A stretch of DNA of 64,000 nt from Tubulanus polymorphus (lineage: Eukaryota > Animalia > Nemertea). Under the pieces are notes generated by a model. It did not search any database. It saw only the letters and a list, made by a program, of their open reading frames with translations, and was not told the origin of the DNA. Below are positions 11,975 through 24,600 of the stretch, piece after piece; the stretch's first letter is position 1; each line of letters begins with the position of its first letter. The DNA is taken from NCBI RefSeq assembly GCF_964204645.1, contig NC_134025.1:24656299-24720298 (forward strand), in the 5' to 3' direction. A program made the translations under genes and the position numbers.

Positions 11975-12550
11975 TTTCATATGGGCTTATATTAAGTTAT
12001 AGAAAATAAACCAACCGTGAAATTCAAATAGACGATGTTATATGAATTATTTGTATTTGTCTTTATGGTGTTTCCGATGATCGATAAAGTTTCTTCAGAT
12101 GCCAGATATCCTCTGGCCTATGTGTTTTATGTGGACTGGCGGACCAATGGATTTTCTATGTTGACTGCTCAAGTTGCATTCTATCAATTGGACTACCATT
12201 CAACTGAAAGGTTGAAATATTTGATGTGACACAGAAATATATGATTTATCCAACTCTGATATCACTGGAAGTTGGACACATTTTCACACTCCAATAGTTC
12301 CGACTAAGACTGAGTCTAATGTATGAAGGATGATGGCAATATCATGAATTTGGTTGGAATGTAGGGATTGAATCTACATTGTTTTAAGAGTTCATAGAGC
12401 TACCCTATCTAAGCACTTTTGAACAAACCCAGCCCAAACATTTTAAAAAGGAATAAGCGGTATGATCGTTTCGTTCTAATTGTCGTAGATTTTCATTTTT
12501 GGGCAGTGGAGTCTGCTGTGGCATTGCCTCTGCATACTCGAGAAAAGAAA

Positions 12551-14072
12551 ATGGCTTCCGTGTTCCGAATTTTGCGAAGAAGCCACAAAAAATGTTTGCC
12601 CTTGGCTTCCTTGTTGGCTAGAAACGGGTATTTGGCAACTCCTCTCCGTCAGGCATCTTGTAAGTGTGTTGTCCATTTTATCAATGTCGATCAACATTCG
12701 TAATTCTGCGCAACTGTTGTTAATACTGTTGCTGATAAGCTTTCAACCTAAATTCAATTCAAATTCATGATTATTGTTTTATCGTACAGTTCGGCAAGCA
12801 CTGGATCGAATATAACTGTTGATTGTGTTTTGTTTTATCTCAATTGTTTTATCTTTATTGTGCTCAGTTCTGAATGACCTGGTATAGGCTAAGAAGAGAC
12901 CTGGTATAGGCTAAGAAGAGAGCATGGGTTTATCCTCTCTCTGCTCTATGTTTATTCTAATTCTGTGTCGTAGCTAGGTTTGTTATTTTTCGCCGAGACT
13001 CCTTGGCCCAAGTTGTGTTAATCTGACTTATTGATTACATTTAAGATTGGAATCAGGATTGGCGAGCCACGCCTGGTGAACCAAAGACACCTGAAGAAAA
13101 ATCTGCCGCAGCGAAAAAGTATGGAATGCTGCCCGAAGATTATGAACCATATCCTGATGACGGAACTGGGTTTGGTGATTACCCAAAGCTACCATATGTT
13201 GGTGGTGATATCCGTTCGCCCAACGATGATTGGGATATGCCAGAAATGAAACGAAACTTCATGGAGCCGGTATGTCGTATTCATACATTAAGAAATAAAT
13301 TGATAATATTTCTTCAGAAACTCCCATCCAGTCGTCCTTTATCTTTTATAGGCTCAAATGATTCTATTAAACTATTAATTTTTCGTTTTTCAGCTTAATC
13401 TTCATCAGGATATCATCGGAGAAGATCGTTGGAACCCTAATCATGATCAGATGTACAAATATTCTTTGTAAGTTCCCTTCACTTGTGGATGGTGTATTGC
13501 TAGGGCTGATCTTGGAGGTGGTTTCTGTGTTGCTCTGCCTCTTCAAAAATCATCCTTTTAGAGAAAACTGCAAATTGGACACTTGCCTTCTCGAAAATTG
13601 CATCTTAGATGATCCTAAAATATTTAACACCTAATGGTGGAACCCTGTTCTTGACCTTTGGTGTGGCTGCAAGGAATGCCCTTCATTTTCTTTTGACTTC
13701 TTCTTCCAATTTTCCCAGATCTGCCCCTGGTATTAACTTATGAAATATTTGGATGACAAATTCTTGTCTATTGGTTGCAAAATGTAATTATTTATTTTAC
13801 AGAAATGTAATGATGTCATTCTTCGTCATTTTGATTGCGACCTCTGCCGGCCTGTATTATCTTGGTGACCTATATCCTACCTACTTTCCCGGTGTAAGTT
13901 TTGAACAATGTTGGAATATAAATCATCAAAATTAAAACTTAGATTTTTTAAATATCTAACCCATTGCCCTGATGTATTTTCATTTCAGATGCCAAAACAA
14001 TACCCGTATGAATATGAATGGAATCCTAAAGCAAAACCAACGACTCATTATACCTTTGAACCTTTAGATTGA
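12551..14072 (+). CDS. NDUFB8: NADH dehydrogenase (ubiquinone) 1 beta subcomplex subunit 8, mitochondrial
   Basis: Exons 12551-12659, 13046-13269, 13394-13467, 13803-13893, 13989-14072. Arg-rich transit peptide, the signature PKTPEEKSAAAKKYGMLPEDYEPYPDDGTGFGDYPKLP..WDMPEMKRNF, one TM helix, and a PKQYP..HYTF C-terminus. AATAAA at 14179-14184. Confidence 0.96.
12876..12921. repeat. 22 bp exact tandem duplication in NDUFB8 intron 1
   Basis: GACCTGGTATAGGCTAAGAAGA x2. Confidence 0.9.
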
Positions 14073-14374
14073 ATTATTTCAAGTTTACAATAGAGTTGTT
14101 TTTAGTTCACTATCAGAAATTTTGGTAAATTATAACTGTGTCCATGTAGGAAGTTAGTGTGTGCTTCATTTTGATGTAAATAAATGTTATAAATTCGGAA
14201 ACAAATTACTTATTGATGTTTTACTGATATTTTCTCTGGTATCCAAGCGCATTTGTAATCGATTTGGAAAAACTTGTCACTGTAATGTCAAAGGTGTAGT
14301 TATTTTACATATCAACATAACCGAATTGAATTGAATTGCTTGATATGCAAGCACTTCGTCTACTCGAGAAGAAA

Positions 14375-17095
14375 ATGGCTTCCATTCGTCAAACTCCGCT
14401 CACTTGCAGTGGTCATACCCGTCCTGTCGTACAGTTAGCCTTCAGTGACGTTACGCCAAATGGTTACTTTCTGATAAGCGCATGTAAAGGTACGTAAATA
14501 GATATTCGCAGTAGTATTCAGAGGTAAGCATTGGTCATAAATGGCCTTCAAAGTATTTTTTTGTTCTCATTTTCGTCACTAGGTGTCACTACTATCATCA
14601 GAGCTGTCAAACTTCGAGCTTTAGGGACAGGGTTAATCATAGTTAGTTACTTAATGGTTGGTGGTAACCTTTTACAATCAGTTGGGTGTGTGAAAAACTA
14701 ATCCACCTACTGATCAGAGTTACTAGTAAGTTGATTATCATAGATAGTAAGTTAGTCCGAAAATAGTAAACATCGAATTGTCTTGAGAGCGGACAGTCAC
14801 TGACACTACTGTCATATGGAGATAGACAGCACTATGAAATGTGTAAGACCAAAGTTCGATTATTACGGTAGCTCCAACGAACTAGTGGATTTAGAGAAAA
14901 TAGAGCAGTATTCAAACTGGGCATTCAAATTGCTAGCGCAGCATTTCCCCGATATAGTCCACCAAGGTTCCCTGATATTCACAGAATGTTTTAAATGCAT
15001 ATAGTACACTCAACCTTACCCTTACTCTTGCCCTTAACCGAACCCTCACCCTCTTCTCACCCTCCCCCACTTCTCACCCTCCCCCTCTTCTCACCCACCA
15101 CTCCATTTATAATGATATCTGTACTGTTGTATATTTTGTTGTAAATCTAGCTGGTGTAGTTTGTTATTAAAACTTATACATATTTTATAATTCAAATTCT
15201 TCAATAGTATATCAGTTCAGATACAGTATCCCTGTAGATATAGATGAGGTGGAGAGTAGTTGATATATAATGACCACAATGAATCAGTCACATTCTTTAT
15301 TATATAGATGGGAAACCGATGCTCAGGCAAGGAGACACTGGAGATTGGCTTGGTACATTCGAAGGTCATAAAGGAGCTGTGTGGAGTGCAACATTAAACC
15401 GAGATGCAACCAAAGCTGCTACTGGAGCTGCTGACTTTTCTGCGTAAGAATCTCAAATAAGTTTAAAAAACAATGTTGATATTTTGTTGACTCAGCATTA
15501 TTCTAGTTGACATTATAACGCTGGTAATTTGTTCTAATTGGCTCATTCTCATTGCACGTGTGCACTGAAGTGGTGCAGAAATTTGAGCATCGAGTTAAGT
15601 GCAGATAATTCACGATTCGAATCTTAGCCAGCATTTGCAAGCACAGCGTCTTTCCATTAGCCTACCGTGGCTCATTGCAATCTGCTGAATGTACATGTAT
15701 AGCATCAAACCTAATCCTAAACCCTCAGTCTTCTCACCCTTATCCTAACCCTCTAGATCCTAACCCTAATTTGTCATATTGCCTTTACTAAAATGATGCT
15801 AGTGGGCATGATATCCATTTCCTGAAAAAAAATTCAAAGCATACAGGAATGACAAATTGTTTACTTATTTGATGCAAAGGATGATATCAACCATATATTA
15901 TTTAGGTGTTACTGCCAATTTTGAATGAATAGAAATCAGTACCGGTAATTGTTATTTACATGGGAATATAGCAAGATAATAACATGCTGTGTTCTTGTTT
16001 GCATAGAAAACTGTGGGATGCTCTCAAGGGTGATGAACTGCACACTTTCAATCATAAGCACATTGTCAAGTCTGTGGACTTTTCGCCGGATGGAAGCCAG
16101 CTCCTGACTGGAAGCAACGAAAAATTACTTCGGATATTTGATCTCGAAAAACCCGATTCTGGTTGGTAATTTACGCTGAATCTCAAAAACTAAAACTCTT
16201 AATATTATACCATGGGAAATAATTGATTTAATACAGTCCTCATTTCCTGTTAGTCATTTGTGTCAACTGAAATGGAAATCCTTATTTCATATTTTTTTCG
16301 ATTTGTGAATTTAAGCTCCTAAGGAATTCAGTGGGCATACGTCACACATCCGACAGGTTTTGTACACAAAAGACGGACAAAAAATCATAAGCGCATCAGA
16401 TGATAAAACCATAAGAGTTTGGGATATCCACAATCAGGAGGAAGTGCGTAAAATTGAGTTGGCCGACAACCCGAGCAGTTTAGAGCTCTCAAACGATGGA
16501 TCGATTTTGGTCTCAACTGCCGGAAATAAAGTCTGTTTCTTCGATATTGACAAGTGAGTACTCTAATGAAAAGAATTGGAATCAATTGTTTGAAATGTAG
16601 GATTATAATTATTTTGTGTAATTTTTCAGATTAGAAAAAATCAAGCAATGCGAGGTACCAACTCAGGTGAACTCGGCATCATTAAATCCTAGTAAAACAC
16701 TATTTGTTTGCGGAGGAGACGACTTTAAAATGTACAAGATGGATTACAACAGCGGGCTTGAATTAGGTAAGTTTTGATTTTTCAAACCCGCTGGTTAATT
16801 GCCTACATAATTGTATTAGAAATAGACTTAGTGAGATAGTAGTTCTTACCTATAACAATGATCTCTGGATCTTCTCATTGTGTTTGTGCGAATTTCAGAA
16901 TCTTTCAAAGGGCATTTCGGACCGGTGCACTGCGTTCGTTTTTCACCCGACGGTGAGCTGTACGCCAGCGGTAGCGAGGACGGAACGTTACGACTATGGC
17001 AGACGGAGGTCGGTAAAACCTATGGACTGTGGAAATGCGTCCAACCGGATGAAATTGTTTCAAACAACGATAGCTCCCACAATCCGGAAACTTAA
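14375..17095 (+). CDS. STRAP: Serine-threonine kinase receptor-associated protein (UNRIP), WD40 repeat
   Basis: Exons 14375-14489, 15308-15443, 16007-16161, 16316-16553, 16630-16766, 16899-17095. Translation [100 protein letters not shown]. Confidence 0.98.
15010..15105. repeat. Degenerate (CCCTAA/CCCTCA)-like microsatellite
   Basis: ACCCTTACTCTTGCCCTTAACCGAACCCTCACCCTC... A related tract lies at 15708-15770. Confidence 0.55.
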
Positions 17096-19869
17096 ACTTT
17101 ATTCAATTCCGTTCATCGAAAACATTTTAAGTTCAAGCAGGAATTAGGCTTACAAGCATTCAGTTCCTTTCGTGAAATAATGAATCGAAATTGTTTGCTT
17201 ACACTACAGACTCGTTTGATTTGTGTATGACAGAAGGAAGAATATTGTATCTGCGATATTTTACGCCCAATGGTGCTATTATACAGTTGTCGGAAACTGT
17301 TCAGATATGTGAAAAATATGATGAATTCCATCAAAACTATGAATACAATGTATGATTTCAATATATTTGGTCGCATCTATGTGTAGAATGTGTGCTGAAA
17401 ATGCAGCATTACTGATGGTCAAATACACAGGATTTGTGTATTTGAATGAATGTTTAGTTGTAAAATGTCCTCAGCTTTCTTTGTGCCTTATATTCTGCCC
17501 TGTAACTCGTATAAAATGATATTTGAGTAAATTTTGTCTGGACATCGATGACCGAACAAAAAAAAAACACTTGCGTTTTAAGTTCAAATTTTTCAATGGA
17601 CAAATTTATTTTGTTGACTCTAGTCTATTGCTGAACACGTGTGTACTGTACATTGTACTTTCAAAAGATCAAATATGAAATAAAGATGAAGGTGAGAAAA
17701 ATCATGTTTTTCATTTCTTGTTTTGAGAGCTGCTCTGTTCACAGTTCACCAAAGCCCTCCGGCATTTTGATGTTGCCGCCAACTGCGAAATCGCTCAAAC
17801 AAGTTCGCTACATTTTACCATCCAAGAAGACGCAATTTGTGAGAGGAATCCACTTGTAACCTCTGCTTATCGTTCAAAAAACGTATCCGTCAAAATAAAG
17901 CCGCTGTTCAGAATTCTATGCATGTTGCTAAAAATTTCGGGAAAAGATGATTGGGTAGAAGATATGGATCCAGGTCACTGCATCGAAATTGTTCTACTTT
18001 CAGTTTCCATCAAAAATACGTTTCAGTCACCGACCAGATGAAGCTTTTCTATATATAGGGGCCCAGCCCACAGAACTTCCATCCATCGGGGTATGTAATT
18101 ACATATACTCGCGTGATTGATAAACACCAATAGGAGCAAACATTTTACCTATTCAAAGATCGTGTCGTTGGAGCGCTTTATGATTGGTAAACACCAGTAC
18201 TCGAGCCGATCAAATGTTGACTGGCAATAACTTCTCGTGTTGCTGGCGTTTTAATTAATTCTATAGATTTGATATCGATACATGTCATCTGGAACGTTCT
18301 AATTTAAAGTACACCGTAGTTCAACTGATCATCATGATAATTCCAGATACCTTGTACTGACAGGTATATTGGATTCGAGACGTTTTGACTGTCGACCTGA
18401 ATGACGATGTCAAATATGATTATTACTTACATATCATCATTGTTCGGTAATCCTTTAGTTCATTAGCTGCTTCATTTATTATAGAATTCGGATTCATCGA
18501 TGGAAAATAGCCAAGCGTGTCTACCAACGTTTCTTAACAATAATCTCTCGAGGCTAAAACTATTATAATGCTATAATCAATGTTTGGGAATCGGATTTGC
18601 AGTGTCCTTTCAATGACGTTAGAATATGATATTGTACCGAGTTAGCCACTTATTTCACATGTTAAAAAGGCTCAAACTTTTTGCGGATAAGTGGTAACCG
18701 ATAAATGCCGAATTGCATGTTATGTCCATCTTCACATCAACAAGATTCTTTAATGAGACCCATCGTCAAAGCGAAATAAATGATAACATCTTATGAAATA
18801 ATGACAAACGGCCGCCGAAAGTGAATACCTCACGTGAATCACAGTTTATTCAATATTATATGAGTTTTCATAATGACGATTAACACAATTTTAACGATCA
18901 AACAACAATTTCATTGACAAATAAACACAACGATAATATCCATCAATCAATAATATATATATATCACTATCACCGTATTTCACCATCATGAATCTGTGAT
19001 ACAGTTAAACAAATGGCCTATTTACAAATGTGGACTGTTTCACTTAATTATGGAAAGAATGATTTTCAAATCGTTTTTATTGAAAAATAGAAGCTTTGAG
19101 AGTTTTATCGATGGAGTTTGTTTAGCAATTCGATTGGGTTTAAAAAGTTGTAGAAACTATATGGGTGCTGCAATAGTCCTAGAACGTAGAGCAAATGGTA
19201 ACCAAATTAACAATTTGTCAGAACATGGACGCATAAACGAGTTTATACATCCATGGTCAGAAGCTATGACACGATAGAAGTCTATGTACATTGTCTCAAA
19301 GATAACGTTTTTTTAAAGATATTTCCGGATTTAGCTTTCCTATAGCTGCATGTTCGCTTATTTCCTGGAGCATGTTACACAACCCGATATATTCTCCGTC
19401 GAATCTGACTCGCCAGCAAAAACACACCACCGACCAGTAAATTTCGCTGTGCGGGAAGACTGCAAATAATGTTTGACGTAAAACCCCTCGAAACCATTCG
19501 ATATTGGACACAATATCGGTTGTACTAAATAATAAAAAAAAAACGGGTCTCGGGTTGCCTAAGTGGAGACCCATGTTCACAATGTGAACACAGGTCATGT
19601 CTTTTGCTCTTGTCAATATTTCAACAATCATAATATGTATTGAACGATAACAACATAAACTTTTTTTAGACCTCTAAAAACGAACACGTATTTCATAGGA
19701 ATTCTTTTCGTGCGGATATTTGCCTTTATCGAATGGATGGATGAAAAGGGCTGGGAATGCATGTTAAGAAAAACTAATCAAACCGACAACTGTGTGTTGT
19801 CAAAGGCGTTTTAAAAAACCTTCGGATTTATACCCGAATCTGCCACCAATCAGTCATTACAACGAGACG

Positions 19870-20016
19870 AATAGCACTTTATAGGTTAACTAGTTTATTT
19901 GACGCACGAGCTTTCGCTCTTAAGTAACTTCATCATTCATTCACCTCATGCAATTACTATACACAAGTAGCGAAAGCGCGTGCGTCAAATAAACTAGTCA
20001 ACCTATAGGTGCTATT
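19870..20016. mobile_element. Small MITE-like inverted repeat (~48 bp arms)
   Basis: AATAGCACTTTATAGGTTAACTAGTTTATTTGACGCACGAGCTTTCGCT / AGCGAAAGCGCGTGCGTCAAATAAACTAGTCAACCTATAGGTGCTATT. Confidence 0.7.
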
Positions 20017-21618
20017 GTTGTATTGTTGTACTTATGCTACACCAGTTTAGCACGGCTCCTCGACGGATTTTGATTAAATAGGCCTAATTTTATTTTTTTT
20101 CATCCTATAGATGATTTGAATAATTTCAATGTACAATAACTAATGCTCGCAAAAGAGTTAGACCATCATCATTTCCTGTGAATTGTAGCTACCATTTATT
20201 GTCATGGGTGAGCTACAACACCCGAAAATAATCATGAAAATATCTTTTAATTCAATTCCGATAAGATCCAATTTCGATAGAAGTTAGTCAAGGCAGAATT
20301 CGACACAACGATGGACAGTTAACAGAGAAACAAACAACACTTGAACTGATACCGTACTGAAAAAGTGGTCACGACCATTTATAGAGATTCCACGTCATTC
20401 CGTTCCTGTTTTATAAATGTTAGGCAACAGGATATTAAGAGAAATATGAACAATTTCAAAAGTTCACATTCCAAAGGTACGATAGGCAAAGAAAACATCT
20501 GGATTGTGAAGTTTCGAAAGTGGCAAATCCGATTGAGCTATGGAAAAAATTGAATATTTCTGGAAATGGAAATTTAGCCATAAATCGTGCATCTATTCAT
20601 TGAAGTGCTATAAGATCAAGGTTCAGATGAATAGGTCTTCGACATTATATTACTCAGATTTGCCAATTAATTTTCATGCATGTATAGTGTCAGTTGACAA
20701 GCTCATTCCAATGAATGAATCCATACTACCGGAACACTTGTCACTGCTTGGTAATCTTACATCCATGTAGTTATTGTTGTATCGGTTGCAGCGCGTTGAT
20801 TGCTGGGCGTGTTCGAATCGTTACACGACACTGTTCTAATGCTGCAAACATGTATATACAAATTCCACATATCAGATGTGCAACCTCTTAGAATTCGACA
20901 TGAATTTCACATTTGATAACGTGTACCGTCTCACATTAGGCCTAGATTATAGGTACACGTATAGAGACCTCAGCAAATGTATAGAAAGCATTATCGACAG
21001 TCCAAAAATATCAATCTTCAGCATTTTCATCATGTTTTGGATTGTTCTTCCTTTAAAAGTGCGAACGATTTTAAGATCAATACGATCATTAATTTCTTCA
21101 ACTTCGCAGAATTTGAACAGTATATATTTACACTTCAGGTCTTAATATAGGTGTCGGATTATTTCAAAATGATCCAAAGATCACCTCAAGATAAACTCCC
21201 GTCTCACTGATTGTACAGGTGATGCAATTTGACCCATTCCAATTCACTGGTGAAGATGGCTAATATGCAGAACAATTTGATCAGACGAATTAATTTGAAC
21301 AGTCAAGGGTTGTAATATAATCATTGAGATGAATGCCAGCTGATTCAATATATGCGATCAGGCGAAATCTCAGAAATTTACAGCCATTATCATCAATGGG
21401 GAGTTTATCCTCGTAATCGTTAGGCACACATACAATAACTCGAATTTGCAAATGCCGTCGCCAAGTTTAAGAGAATGATAACAGGATTATGTATGTATTT
21501 ATCATATTTACAGTAAGATGTAATTGTCCAAATGACGAATGCCCAACAACTCCAGAGGACAGTACACCATCTTCTGATTTTGGCAATAATTTCAATTGAC
21601 AGGTATAGAGCGGCATAG

Positions 21619-24600
21619 CTACACGACGCTACTAGATTTTTCGGTGTCGGACTTTTTCAAAAGTCTCACGTACATTTCGTTTTGGTGATTGGCCCAATCG
21701 CCGTTGGCTTTCGGTGAAGAATTCGCGCGAAGCGGGATCGAGTTAGTGGAAAGTTCCGTATGGAGCACGGTCGAGTTGCCGATCCGAGTTGATGACGTGC
21801 GCGAATCGAGCGAGTAGGGAGAAGCCGAACCGGGCCTGAAACGCCTCAGCTGTCGACAGATATTGTCTGTGAATGCCAAGTAAATCCACGGATTTGTACA
21901 GCTATTGAGGCTTGCCAATAACACCAGGATTGTCATCGTGTTGCCTAGAAATAACGACGAGAGATGATTAAAGTTAATTGTGTGATAGAAATTTGATATC
22001 TGAGAATACCGAACATTTATTATAACATCGACCATTAAAATTCTGAATGTATTAATTTATTAAGTACGTCTATTATACTTAAAGAATCTACTTTGTTTTG
22101 CGAGACATAATTGAGCGCAGCTGCATGGATTTTTTCAACGAATGCGGCGAATAAAGGAGAAGGCTGCAAGGTCGATACAACGGAGAATCTGCTGCAAGGA
22201 TGGACTAATCTTTTCATTTCTTACAACGATGTAAAAAACGTTAGCATTAAAGTGGGGTACTATCTTGGGCGCATGCTTTAGACCATTTTGTCTTATCAAT
22301 GGGTATTAATCAAAATGGCCGCAGTCAGGGCGAACTTCGGGTATCGTATGGTGGCTGATAAGGGCCATAGCGTAAAATTCCTGGTATGTAAATGAGGGCG
22401 CCAGAACGCCAGAACGCCAAAACGAAAAAAAACGTCCAATTTTCTCTAAAAGTTCGTTTTGGCGCGCCAAAACAAAGAAAATTCCGTTTTGGCGCCCCCG
22501 CCAAAACGAACTTTCATTTTGGCGCCCCCGCCAAAACGAACTTTCGTTTTGGCGCCCCCGCCAAAACAACGAAAAACGTCGAAATTTCTCTAAAAGTTCG
22601 TTTTGGCGCGCCAAAACGGAGAATATTCCGTTTTGGCGCCCCCGCCAAAACGAACTTTCATTTTGGCGCCCCCGCCAAACCGAACTTTCGTTTTGGCACC
22701 CCCGCCAAAACAACGAAAAACGTCGAAATTTCTCTGAAAGTTCGTTTTGGCGCGCCAAAACAAAGAAAAGTTCGTTTTGGCGCGGTTATTTCCGTTTTGG
22801 CGCCCACGCCAAAACAAGCATTCAACCACAGTAAAATTATTTTTCAAATTGGCGCGTTGATCTTGTGTGTAATTTGCATAAATTTGCATAAATGAAAATA
22901 TTTTACGTATATATAGAATTATTTTACGTGGTTTAAAGTTCGTATTGGCGGGGGCGCCAAAACGAAAGTTCGTTTTGGCGGGGGCGCCAAAACGGAATAT
23001 TCGTTGTTTTGGCGCGCCAAAACGAACTTTCAGAGAAAATTGGACGTTTTTCGTTGTTTTGGCGGGGGCGCCAAAACGAAAGTTCGTTTTGGCGGGGGCG
23101 CTAAAATGAAAGTTCGTTTTGGCGGGGGCGCCAAAACGGAATATTCTCCGTTTTGGCGCGCCAAAACGAACTTTTAGAGAAATTTCGACGTTTTTCGTTG
23201 TTTTGGCGGGGGCGCCAAAATGAAAGTTCGTTTTGGCGGGGGCGCCAAAACGGAATTTTCTTTGTTTTGGCGCGCCAAAACGAACTTTTAGAGAAAATTG
23301 GACGTTATTCGTTGTTTTGGTGGGGGCGCCAAAACGAAAGTTCGTTTTGGCGGGGGCGCCAAAATGAAAGTTCGTTTTGGCGGGGGCGCCAAAACGGAAT
23401 TTTCTTTGTTTTGGCGCGCCAAAACGAACTTTTAGAGAAAATTGGACGTTTTTTTTCGTTTTGGCGTTCTGGCGTTCTGGCGCCCTCATTTACATACCAG
23501 GAATTTTACGCTATGGCCCTTATCAGCCACCATAGTATCGGGATTAGTCGACTATTTGCGAACTGAGTGAAACCGAACGTCGGTTAGTCGGAATTGTGGT
23601 CCGGAAATAGTCGACGACAGGATTGGGCACTCTGACCTTATTCCAAGATGGCCGACACTGTGAAATGCATTAAGACCGAACTATAGTGCGTTGACATATT
23701 AGTTCCGACCACTAGTTGACAAATTAAGAAAACGCAAGTTCGCCTAGCTAGTGGGCCTGATCAGAAGATATCAGCGTTGATAACTTCATAAGTTGGTTAA
23801 TTGTAACAAACTGAAGACGATACAAAGACAATATGAGTACAAGAAATATTGACGTATTGTTATTCCATTATTTGAAATTAGCTGAAAATCTATCAAAAGA
23901 AAGGTCAAGATCAATAAGCCAATCAGTAAGCTCAGATATGTCGGTCATGAGTAGCCAGCAGTTGAACGGTACGATAAGCAAAAAGGCGAAAAGCGCAGGA
24001 AAAAATTGAAACACAGATTAAGAGATGAAGTGCGTTGGTTAGGTCAAAAAGTAACATTCATGAAAAAAAGTTATTCATATCGTCATTTCAATACGACTTG
24101 CTCCGAAAATGATATAGACTTTTAATGGATGAACCTACGTTCAAACTATGTTGCATCATCAAATGGTACTATTGATGTTCGAAATTGTTTCCTATCAATC
24201 GTTGTTCTGTTTTGATTTGTCCATTTGCTAAACGCCAGGTAAAGAACAATTTTATGCTAAAAAGTGCCTGAACGAATTTCTTCGCAGTTACCGAATGTCT
24301 TTTCAGTAGGCATATATACCTTGTCATCGAATCAAAACGAATTTTTCTAAGAAATATAAAAATCGGGTTTGCTGTTGCAAAGTAAGTCGCATTGAAATGC
24401 CGGTGGAAATGAGTTGGGTTAGTTAGTTGCAGGGAGGGAAACACTGAATTAATTTACGAAAGATCACGAATACAGGCTCTTGTGTAGAGAAGGGGAGCTG
24501 TCAGATGCAGTAGAGAAAGATAACGCTTAAGCATGCGTTTGGCAATTAAATGTTCGCTCAAGCCACAGGAGGATGTCAAACGGCATTATTCGCAACTGGA

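Noticed and set aside
15010-15770. Telomere-like CCCTAA tracts
   Set aside because: Short, degenerate and intronic. More likely microsatellite or transposon remnants than interstitial telomere.
19235-19260. Possible third TM7 exon (minus-strand PWMY)
   Set aside because: An in-frame stop lies immediately upstream and there is no NSCTN motif or acceptor.
22400-23480. CRISPR-like regularly spaced repeats
   Set aside because: There are no unique spacers and no cas genes, and the context is eukaryotic. This is a tandem repeat inside a TIR element.
22306-23566. Long ORFs (137-299 aa) with FGAPAKT / WRGRQNE repeats
   Set aside because: They are translations of a stop-free ~30 bp satellite in both arms of the fold-back element, mirrored on both strands, and are not credible proteins.
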